A DNA stretch of 64,000 bases from Ascidiella aspersa (Eukaryota). The notes beneath the pieces are model-generated. The model saw nothing but the letters and a program-made list of their open reading frames with translations, had not been told where the DNA came from and searched no databases. A program made the position numbers and the translations under genes. Of the stretch, positions 14,101 to 26,100 are shown piece after piece. Position 1 is the stretch's first letter. Each line of letters opens with the position of its first letter. The stretch lies in the NCBI GenBank assembly GCA_963924565.1, contig OZ004615.1, positions 8,866,001 to 8,930,000 on the forward strand, read 5' to 3'.

Positions 14101-17100
14101 CAAAAGTCTTACATTGCATTATAGTTCGCTTCTGTAAAGTGTAAACAGACAGTGTTTATGTATATACTGATATCTTCCTGCGTAGTAGTTGATAATAATC
14201 TTTCTATTGTCTAAGGGCGCTAATAAATACCGTGGACTATAAAACCCCGTGACAATTCGCCAACCCGGTTAACATATGCATTAAACCAAAAACTACTTTC
14301 AACTGCATAGATTGCAAAACAAATTATCAAACTTATTTCGCTCAATACACTATTTTTCGTTGATTGCTCACGATTGTAGAGTTTGAATTTAATACAGTTG
14401 GTTGATTAATTGTCAAGGAAATTTTGTCTTTTGTTTTGCGGTTCAGCTCGGCATCATGAACTCTTTGCTGTAAATCAGTGGTCGGCAACCTACTGTCCTG
14501 CCTCCAATTAGGCCCATCAGGCTCGCCGACACTTTTATAAACTCGACCCGATGCCATTCCGCAATTTTTGTTATATATTTGAACTTGGTTATTGTAAAAC
14601 AGATGCGATTCATACGAAACTTGTCCATGCTTCTAGTATGTTTTCTTTTGAAGAAATGTTTTTTTAGCCTGAGGGCGCCGTGCATATCCAGCAAGTGTCA
14701 ACATTGGAGGTTATGAGTTTGGTTTTGGCTACCAGAAAAAAGTTTGCCGACCCTGCTGTAATGATGAACTCCTATTGCGAGCCAACCACTTTTTAATAAA
14801 ATATTGGCAAAAACGAACAATGTTTTAGATCTACCTAAAATATATATGTTTTAATTTCAATTACTTTTTCAATTTACGCTTCTTTATTTTAATCCTATAT
14901 TATAGTATAACTATATACACAAACTTCAAATTACTTTTATATTGTCGCCAAATTTGTCTACACAACACAATGCAAGAAAAGTCAGCCATATCTAAAAAAT
15001 GCCCTACTTTGAAACCATTAACATTTACCTATCATTGTTAAAATGAAAAGTTGACTGTAGGCCATTCCTGGTGGCTGTACAGAGTACACCAGGGGTAGGC
15101 AACCTTTTTTCTAGTCGCGTGCCCAAACCAAACTACAAATGTCTCTGCTGGTCATTAAATTTTAACTGTTTACACTTTACCCATCCTATTATCAAAAACC
15201 GCAACGACTGTTAATCAGGGATGAAACTAGGTCATTTTGCTATTAAAAAAGGTCTACAGGAACAAGATTTACTCCAAGCGCAAAAAATGCTTTTGCGCAG
15301 TTAAAATAGCCAAAAAATATTAGGAATAGCCTCGTTTCCAGTTTGTAGCCTAAAATAGGTCGCGGGCCGGATAATTTGCGTTGGCGGGCTGCAGTATGGC
15401 AGAAAGCTGGCGACTTGTGACTATGTCGGCCGAAGAATCAGACAGAAAACCGAAGAAATTGGCCCAAAAAAAATTTGTAAAAAAAAAATATTTAAAAAAA
15501 ATTTTTTTTTGAAAGATCGATTTACCAAAAAAAGTGTGCTTGTTCTACACAAATTCAATCCACTATATTTTTAAAATACTGAATTTGTAGGAACATTATG
15601 CACTATTATTGGCAGGAAATACTTTTTTTGTGCCATTCTGACAAAAGTATGAAGCAGCAGGGAAAATCCAGTGTTTGTCATATAGATTGTTAGTTAAAAA
15701 AGTACTAAATTTTGATAGAACTGTTGTGTATTTGCAGTTTTACTTGATTTAGCAAGTACTTCTTTATTGAGTTGAAAATGCAATCAAAATAGCTGCCATT
15801 CCTATTAAATAGACAGGTATGACATTTGCATGGCCATAACGAGGATGTACTAGGCCATGCTGTTCCATCTTAGGCTTATATTTTTGTCTGTTTTAATTGC
15901 AAAAAATTTTCGTAAACGCAAAAAATTTTCGCGCTTCGCAAGAGGTATTATGCATACTATGCCATGTTGCACTACATTGTGTCACTCTAATTTCGGCAAA
16001 CAATTTGAATTAACTTGGATTATAACACACCGTTACTTTTTTATTAAAAACTTGACCCAGTTCAAAAAAAAAATTCTTCCAAATTTAAGATTTTTTTTTC
16101 GCTTTACAATTTGATTTTGAGCTGCATTTGTGCCCATGAGTTCGCCCCAAAAGAGCTTATCTATGTAATTGTGTTAGAGTAAGAAAAGCAGACATGTGCA
16201 CCCCCAGTCCCCCAAGGCTGTACTTCAGTATACCCTATATGTATTTCTTTATGTCACAAAAAATGTTGCCACTTAATTTACTTATTTTTTATCCTCTAAA
16301 CAAGTCAAGGTTGATACATTCCTTTGACAAACACGTCATTTAAGTTTTAGGGCACGACAAAAAACCGAAGAATTTACACTAAAATTGCTTGTCACCAGAA
16401 GGCTGACAAGATTCTGCCAGCCTGGCGGGCCGGATCTGTCCCGCGGTTCGTTTGTTACCCCCTCTGCAGCACACGTTTATAGGTTAATTGAGCTTCAAAA
16501 AAGAACAAACATTTTTTATTATTTATCAAATTAGAATTTTGTGCAGGTTAAAGCAACAGCTGAAGGGCAAGTAAAGAAACCTATTCGACTGGTGTCGTCC
16601 CTAGGAGAAGGAAAGCTTCTGGATCGCTTCCAGGTAAAGATATGCGTGACGCAAGTTAGGAAAGTTCTTTAAATAATTTAAATATTCATTTGTGAAGCTA
16701 CACCATCTTTTCGTCGTATGGGATTTAAAACGGTCGTATTCTTGTAACGATTCTTAACTTTTGCGACTCGGTACGTTCCATTCATTTTTGTTAATATTGA
16801 ACGCGATATGTTTACGCTTTTCAAGAACACTCTGAACGACAAGGAAAGCAAAAAGAAGTCGAGAGAAAAGGGCGAAAAAGACCGAAAGCTGGCAAAAGAG
16901 AAACGCGATCGAGAAATTGCAAAATTCCAAGAAGAGGTAAAATGTGCAGAGTGCTATGAAATATTTTTACCTAATTGACTGCCAATCTTCAACTAAAAAA
17001 TAAGTATTATTCTTTTGGCAGTAGTAATAAATACTGGGTAATAGTTTTCGATTAACGGCGGGTTTCAAATTTATGTCGGAAAATTTATCAGGAGGGCTCT

Positions 17101-20100
17101 AACTATTGCAGTCATAAAATGTTGACCTCCTCTGGGCGTATTAACCATTTGGTTGCCATTGTGTTATCATGTGTAAAATTTTGGCACAATTTATTTGATC
17201 CTTGTTGAACGTATAGCCTGTATAAAGTAGGCTCGCCCAATATATTTCTTTACTTTGTGTTTTACGTTTAGATCAATGCATTACTCGACGATAACCCCGA
17301 GCCAATAAAACCTAATAAAGATTCAAAGAAAATTTACGTTCCCAAGTTAACAGGAACCGTGAAGGTAAGTTCGAAACTCTAGACCAGTGGTTCTCAAAGT
17401 TATTTTCGTATTCCTCCCTTAAAGGCTTGAAGAATATTAATTCCTCCCCAAAAAATCCCCAAAGGAATATTGCCAAAATTTCACAGCATATGAATATGGT
17501 GTGCAAGGTGCGTTTTTCTGATCCATCTCAGAGATAGAAGTGAACATTAAAAGTAGCGTATAAAGCGTTATTCATTGTTAATATGAACCATGAGCTTCAT
17601 GTTTCATACAAAAAACAATGAAAATTTAGCAGAAAAGCATGTCAGTTTTTTTCCGAAGATCACTGCGTTTGCAAATGTAAAGTGTTCCTTTTTTTGTTTA
17701 AAATATCTGTAATGGCACTAAAACCACATTCAACTTAATATGTAGTCGGAAATGGAAGAAGTGTTTGCTCTACAACGGTTAATTTGGCAAATTTAGCACT
17801 AACTTGTGAATCCAATCAGATGTTTTTTGAATGAATGATTTAGAAAAAGTCACTCTCGACCATTTGCTTTGGCATTTTGCAGAATTTAAAATATATACTG
17901 GATCTGGGCAATCTTATGTTTTACCCTTTCTTTACTTTACTTTAACGTATTACTTTTACCATGCTTTTACAACCATGCTAAAACAAACAAACAGTATAAA
18001 ACAGACACCTGGTGCTAGTGAACTTTACTTACTGTGACGAAACAATAGATATTGTAAACCAAACAGAGTCTATTATGACGTAGGTTTAACACAGTTAAAG
18101 CGGCATATTGTCTTCACATAGGCTACTTTAAGTTTATAGTAAGTAGACGTTCCCATTTAAACTTTGAACAGTTAGTTATGTGTTATAATTATCAAATAAT
18201 AAAAAGTGTGCCATTTTCATCCACATTTCCTCACCAATTCCTCCCTGGAACAAATTTCCACCCCCAAATTTAAAATTCCCCCCAAAGCGAGCCAAGTGGC
18301 TCCCTTTGAGAACCACTGCTCTAGACTTTTAACGACTTCTTAAAAGCGTTGCTTTATAAAATAAAAATATTTATTAACCTTACCAAAAGGCTTATTTCTT
18401 AAATGACGCAATAAACATTTTAGGTGTAATCAAGTTTTTTAAAGACTTGTATATAGACTTGACGGCATGGTGTGGCTAAGTTACATCATTATCTGGTATT
18501 TTTTCATTAATACAATACTTTATCCGTGTTTGAACAAAAGATTTCCACAAAAAAACCTAATTAATTTTTTGCAAAATTTTTGGGTGTAATCGTTTAACAC
18601 CGAACAACATGCGTTATGAAAACAAGCTACGCCCATCTGCATTGTTAAATATGGTTAAACAAGTGTTAAACTGTAATGCGCAATTAGGGGAAATTTGAGG
18701 CTCTGGAAAGCAAAAAAAAGGAACAAGAAAAGTCAAAAGTTGAAAGTGAACGAAGGAAGAGACAAGATCGGGATTTAAGAGATAAGAAGAGGATTCAATT
18801 CGAAATCGCAAAAAGAAAACAAAAGGTAATATTATTTGAGATAGTATAGATGTAAAATAAATAAAAAATACCAATTTTGCAAGCTATTTTTTTTATATAT
18901 ATATTGGCTGCTGTTTGCAGATTATATATATTGTTTTCTATATGTATGCTAGCATTGGTCAACGGGGATTTTTATTTTTAGCAATAAAATATTTTTGAAA
19001 CTATAAAATAGAAACTGCTTCTGCCACCTCTTGTATAATATTGTGATCTTGTTTAACAGAATCTTAACAGATTTAGCAGCTGATTGCTTTGCTTAATGTT
19101 AATAGCGAATCCTGGATTATAGTTTGGAGGCTATGCATAAAAAAAATTAACGGTGACGTTTAATTGAGTAACACTAAAAAACTTGGTATTCTTGGTTTAA
19201 CCCATGTACACATGTAGTGAAACTAAGTCTACAATAACGGAGACGAAAGAAAAGGTTTATAATTTTGAAGCGAAATTGTGTTATCTAGATTGCAAGAAAC
19301 TGCATTTTCGAAAAATTATGAGTGCTCGCGGCGCTATAGGTATAGTTATTTTAGGATTATGTGTTATCTTTATTTAAGGCCTAGTTTAATTTGTCCATAA
19401 ATGGTATTTGAATAGGCCGGTAACACTTTCCTTATTTTTTGTTACATTTAAAATACATTTTTTACATTTAAGTTAGTTAAATACTTAAGAAATTTATTTT
19501 TACGGGACCCTAGCTGGCATGTAATTTTGCTGTTTGTACAGCAGGTAAATGCGTTTCCTGAGAAAAATGTTTAAATATTTCAAGTTTCGCAATGTTTACG
19601 TAAGCATCGTTTGTTTAACCACTATTTTTTTAAAACCTATATTATGAGAATATTTTAGTATGTTTATCCTCCCTAAAATGTATTTTTTTCGATAAATCAC
19701 GATGTTGTTTATTTGATTATATTTTAGTTAAAAGAAATGGGCGAAAACGATGACGACGATTCACAACTTTCGCCGCAATCTGTGGCGACCAGAAAGAAGC
19801 CGGGAAAACTCGGAACTAACTTCGCCGAAATTGCTGAAAAAAGGCGCGAAATCGAGAGGAAAAAACTCGAAATGGAACGAAAGATGAGGATCAGCTCCGA
19901 AATGAGATCCTCCAGAGACCTCCATTGTGAAGAAGATGAAGTATAAATAAGTCATATTTAAAAAATGAAACTTCGATAAGCTATCTTTGATATAACAAAG
20001 TTGTCTTGGAACCGTTATGTTAAATGTAGTTGAATATTTGTAAAGCTTTACAACGCTTTGTAAAACTTTATAAAATCATTCGGGAGTTAAGAGAATACGG

Positions 20101-23100
20101 AGCCGTTGTTATGTAATGATATGTGGTTATCGTCGGCTATTATGACTTTCGAAGTGGCTATTTATCGTCAGTAATGTGCACCATTGCACGAATATACCTT
20201 TAAAAATAAAAAAGGGTGTCATTTAGAAAAACGCACTAAATTAACCAAAATAATTTAGGGTAAAAGGACACCAAAACTTTTATTCATTAAGGGAATAAGG
20301 TAAGACTGGGATCGCAGGTCGGATTTGTAACGATTGAATATTGTGGCCCGAATACGCAACTAAATTATTGACTTGAACATTGCTAAACAAGGTAGCAATA
20401 AAATTATTTTCTTTTCAAACATTAAAAATCAAGAACTCAATATTGAAACAATTTGACTTCTGTATGTTTTAATTAGTTCACAAGCGTTGATAAATTTGCA
20501 ATTCGCGTAATAGTTTGGGTCGCTGTTAAGTTTCAATTTACGGTAAAGTTCATATTCTTAGGTTTTAATGCTACAACAACACCTGATAAAGGGTATTTTT
20601 CCATTCAACTACCTAAATATGATAAACATATGCCAAATATTCATGAATCTATTTTAAGTAAAAATGCATTTTTAATAACTCGGTAACCCCTGGCTAGTTG
20701 AGAAGTAATAAAACATATGTGATTCACTCAACTGTAAGTATAATATTACTATGATTTGTTTGCTTTAAAATTCTGAAATTAATTTGAACAGGATGAACTA
20801 ACCGAAAAAGTAAATCTGTCGGAGAAAAGAACTCCTGGAAAACTAAAAACTAACTTAGATGAAATGTTCCGCTCAAAAGAGGAAGAGCAACGGCGAAAGA
20901 TCGAAGAAGAGCGTAAGAGAAAATTAGAGGAGGAGAAACGGGAATTCCGCATGGCAAAACTCGTGAGTAAAAATACACGAAATTATATTTTTGACATATT
21001 AATGATAAAAAATACATAAATAATAATATTGAGATAAGACAAGATGTATGCAGTTTTTTTTTTAATTTATTGGTTCCCCTACTGTTTTAACTTGATGCTA
21101 AACCAATTTTCTAATTTTTTCAAGAATTGTTTCCATATGTATATATATATATATATATATATATTGAAATATATATATATGCATTAATTATATATATTTA
21201 TGCAGTCTTCTCAACAGAGGCCGTATGATCAGTTAAAAGAACGGTTAGAAACATAATATAAATCATTAAATTTATGTCACCGTTTTGTGTCATTTGCGAT
21301 TAAAATTGAAGTCTCCACGATAATTTAAGACGCATAATTAAATATAAAACTTATAAGTATATTATAATTATTCCTTCCTGCTGTCCGTTTCAGGCGTCGG
21401 CATCACTTGAATCAGACGAGGAGGCGAGTTCGTCGCAGGCGAGCAGTCGCGAAAAAATCCGAAAAACTCCGAACCGCCTTTCGTCATCTTTTACTAAGTT
21501 CGACATGCTGGAAAAGCAGCGTTTGGAAGAGGAGAGGACCAACATAAGAGAGCGTAGAAAGGCTCTTCTTGAGGAGGAAAAAAAGCTCTTTGAAGAGTCG
21601 CGTAAGGCCCTCGATGGTGATGCGTCCGACGATGACCAAGTGGAAAATCCCAACGAAAATATTCAGGTTCTATATTTTTAAACTTAATTTGTATGGGATG
21701 AATCGTTTCCCAGAGGCTTATGAAGATTGTATGATTCCTCAGCCGATTTCGCCCGGACGCTTGGATGCTTCTTTCACAAATTTCGACGTCTTGAGTCAGC
21801 AGAGGCTTGAGGAAGAGCGAAAGAGAATCCTTGCTGAAAAGCAGCGTCTTCTGGAGGAAGAAAACAAAAATTTCAAGAAAGAGCAAGTAGGTGCTACCAA
21901 TACCTACGGTATACCTTAATAAGTTCTATTTTGTTAATTATAAAGCTTTGTATTGCATTGTATTTTAACAGCATACGAAATGTAGCTTCATAAACACGGC
22001 ATTTTCTTGTCGTTTTTAGCAACGTTTGAAGCAGATGGAGGGTGAAACGTCGTCCTCCAATCCTGGCTCTTCGTTCTGTTCTTCTGATAGCGAAATGAGC
22101 AGCAATGAATCAGAACACGAAAAGTCTTACCAAAAGAAGAAAATGACCAAACGAAGGAAAAAGCCCAAGCACAACCTGCCCAACAAGCTTGACTATTCTA
22201 AACTCAAGTTTGACGTTTTGCAGCGACGTCGCTTGGAAAATGAGAGTCTGCATTTGCAGGTTGGAAATCTACGAAAATCCATAGTTTATATACGCCACTA
22301 TGTACAATCATTTGGTTACAATACCAATATTGTATATAATTTTTATTATATACCAAACAGTTTGTATCACATAAAGTTGAAAGTTAACCCACAAAATAGT
22401 AAAAAAGGTTTTGTTATTGTTTACTCAAACAAATTATGTATTTATTAAAGACCTAATATATTTAGTTTTTAACTAGAAAGTTTAATTGTTTTAGCAACAG
22501 CGTCAAAACCTCGTAAATGAGGAGGCAAAATTGTTCGAAGAAGCCAAAAGACAACAATTACAAGACGTCGAACAGGAAGAGGAAAACATAAAAACCGTAA
22601 GGACATCTAGTTTTGCTGGTATTTGTTGATTACTTTGCAAAAACAAGTTGTCTTATTTAAGTAGTTCAATAACAAATCAACAAAAACGCAACGAACATTT
22701 CTTTGAAGGATAAATAGTTATTTCATATTGCGTTTTATCTTAAGGTTAGTATGCAAAAAACGATGGAAATCACAACGATTTTCGTCGGGGTTCAATATTT
22801 TCTTCATTTCATACAAATATATTATGTATACATTTCAGTATACAGAAGGTCACCCTGGACGTTTGGATCCAACGCGTACTAAGTTTGACATCCTTACTCA
22901 GCAAAAGTTTGAAGAGGAAAGAGAAAGGATTCGTAATGCTCGGATGAAAATCATGGAAGAAGAAAATAGAATTATGGAGGAGGAAAGACAACGCCTGGTG
23001 GTGAGTTTTTTTTGTATTGTTATTAATTTTTAACTATTGTGATTAAAAATACATTACTAAATAACAGGTAACACGGTAAACTCTTAAATTATTTTATTGC

Positions 23101-26100
23101 TCTTTACTCTTGGTAAAGGTATCTTAAAAATCAAAACCTTACAACTAGTTATGTTCAAACTAGAAGCCCGAGGGATTCTAGAACTTTAGGTTTCAAATCT
23201 TGAATAACGAATCCAGATTACCGAATCCTAGTATATTATTTTAAATTATTCAACCTCAATGTTGTTTGGCACCCGGCGTTACATGTTATAGTCGCTCACC
23301 TAACAACGCTTAATTGACAATTAATTATTAGACAAAGGTTTTTGCGAGACGCGTAGTAATTGGGCGCCGGAAAAAACGCTGACACTGCATTACCGGGCTA
23401 CATTTAAAGAAGGCACTATAAATGTGCGCCTCACCGTTATTCAATAAACTTGCCACTCGCGATGTACAATTAGGCGCAAGTATCGGTGGCAAAACAGTAA
23501 ATTATGTCGGATACAATTCCCCAAAATCAACACCAGAATTGGATACGAATTTCATCTGGACAAATTCAATTGTCTGAACAGGATGAAAATCAGACTGAAG
23601 AAATCCAGAAAACGGAAAAGACAACCCGGAAGCCTAAACGACTGGATAAATCCTTTACCGAGTTCGATGTTTTAGAAAGGAAGAGAAAACAGCAAGAGGA
23701 AGAAGATTTGTTTAAAGAGAAAGCAAAAAAACTTCAAGAAGAGAGAAAGGCTTTCAAAGAAGCACGAGAACACATGGTATTTTTGTTATAAAATTGATAT
23801 CAATAATAATAAATTGCAAAACTAATTTGCATTGTGATTGATTTAATTGTACTGTTAGAGGCACGGAGTCGATAATTTATGACTATTATAAAACATATTT
23901 TTACATGTTAGGCCCTACAGTAAATAGCAACATTTTTTCAGCAAATTTATTTTTAACACAAGGACCAAACAAGAGATACAGACGAAAATGTATCGGATGA
24001 CAACACCAGCAACACGACCCTGGAAAGGCCTCCCAACAAACTTTCGAACAAATTTGCAAACTTTGATATTGAGGAGAGGGAAAGGTTGGAAATGGAGCGA
24101 CTCCGTGCACAAGAGGAGAGAATAAAAAGTTTGGAGGAAGAAGTAAAAAGATTTGAAGAGCAGCGGAAAATTTATCATGTATGTGTGTAATGAAATGCTC
24201 TGCAGTGTAGGGATATACTGTTTTTTTTTAAATTGACCGTTAATATTTACAAAACGAATAACGAATACATGTTGCTAGAAAAAGGAGAATTTAACTGAAG
24301 ACACGCCTCATATCCCATAACGTCTGGTTTATTTATTAATAACTACTGTTCTGCGTTTATTGAAATCACACTATTTCTGTATTATGTCGATCAATAACAA
24401 CCCTAACTCCTTCAAATTGTTGGTAGTGTGTCATACGAAAATTTAGAGGGTTGATAAAATCGACAAAAATAATAAAGATGTCCTATTAAAAAAAGAAAAT
24501 TGAAAGTTCAATTAAAAAATATCATTTAAAGTCTTTCTTGATTGATAGATATTGGTAATTGTTTATGTATATAAGCAATAATGACAGCTATATGATTCTC
24601 AGATAACTCTATATTTCCTTAAAAAAACATCTTCTATGCGTTAATTTTGATTTTCTTTTTTCCCCAAAGGACAGCGACGATGACGTCACGAGCAGCACAA
24701 AGGAGCTCTTCCGGGCGCATCGGGACAGCCCCCGACCACGGAAGCTAGCGCAATCGTTCACCAAGTTCGATGTGATGGAGCGAAGGAGGAGGGAAGAAGA
24801 ACGGGAGAAGATGCAAAGGGAAAAGGCGCGAAGACTTGAGGAGGAGAGGGCATTGTTCGAACAACGTCGGATCGAAGAGGTATGCGATAGATTTTGATTT
24901 TCTTCTAAACTTGGGGTGATTTTCGTCTTACAGAGCGCAGCTATAAGGGTTAATGCCAAACGAACCTCTGTTTGATATGTGGGGAAAGCCCCTTGACTTG
25001 CTTTCAAAGCATTCGTGGCAAATATCGTCTGTAAACAATGTTTGGCCAAAAAGGTTGGATAAATCGTTTTGCGAATTCGTTGTTTTGGAAAAGAAGAGGC
25101 AAGTTTGATTTGCTGTGATTTTCTTCTAAACTTGGGGTGATTTTCTTCTTACAGAGCGCAGCTATAACGGTTAATGCCAAACGAACCTCTGTTTGATATG
25201 TGGGGAAAGCCCCTTGACTTGCTTTCAAAGCATTCATGGCAAATATCGTCTGTAAACAATGTTTGCAGAAAGTGAACGGAGTGTTTAACTAATACAAAAG
25301 AAAATGTTTTACAGCTCAAGCATATAATGAGAATTCAAAATGAAATGTGTGGGAGGGTTTGTTGTCATTTTAACGTATTTTGCTGAAATGGTTTAAAATA
25401 TTGGTTCTGAATAACACATTGGTTCTTAATTTGTTATACTTGTGGTGCATTAAACAAACTAAAAACATCGTGAAACACTTTGCAGTTTATACCTAACAAT
25501 ACGAATCGCTAAGGAAATCGGCAAATCAAGACTGGGTGAAATATAATATTATGCATTTAAGTCATTTTGTACTTGAATGAATGGTTATTTGTAGCTGAAA
25601 TAACTTTGCTTCAACATTTACAAAATATTTTGCAAAACTCTTAATAATCTCTCGAGGTACATAGTTTAAAACCCAAGCATTCAAGGGTATATTTTTGTAA
25701 TAGGCTATACAGTATACATTGTTAAAAAACAAATATTCTGTTGCATTTCGTCAGTTAAACAACGGGTCGAATTCGGAGAATGACGAAGAAGAGTCATCCC
25801 GGATCCAAGACAAATCGCAGGGCGTGAAGAGGATGAACGTCCGGAGCAAGATTGAAGCGGTGATGCGAGCCCAGGAGGAAACGGAAAGGAAGAGGATAGA
25901 AGAGACCAAATTCTGTCGAATGACTGTCGAACAGCAGGAGATCTTCCTGGCAAGACAAAAACAGGTATAGGGAACGTACAGATTTCGAGTGGTTGGCCAC
26001 GGAACAAGCAATACTCCTTTTATTAATTTGTTTCATATACTTATTACAATCAAACAAGTTATTCGAATAACATCCTTATAAACATTGTGGTTTTAAACTA

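Noticed and set aside
20139-20176. Minus-strand CUGACGA...GAAAGUC hammerhead-like string
   Set aside because: Stem II barely pairs, there is only one nucleotide between GAAA and UC, and stem I is out of register; chance or too decayed to support.
23265-23490. Scattered AATTGGGCGCC / AATTAGGCGC motifs in a nexilin intron
   Set aside because: Possibly a decayed repeat, but no ends or TSD can be defined.
18614-26057. Minus-strand Ser/Phe/Leu-rich ORFs
   Set aside because: Antisense shadows of purine-rich nexilin exons.
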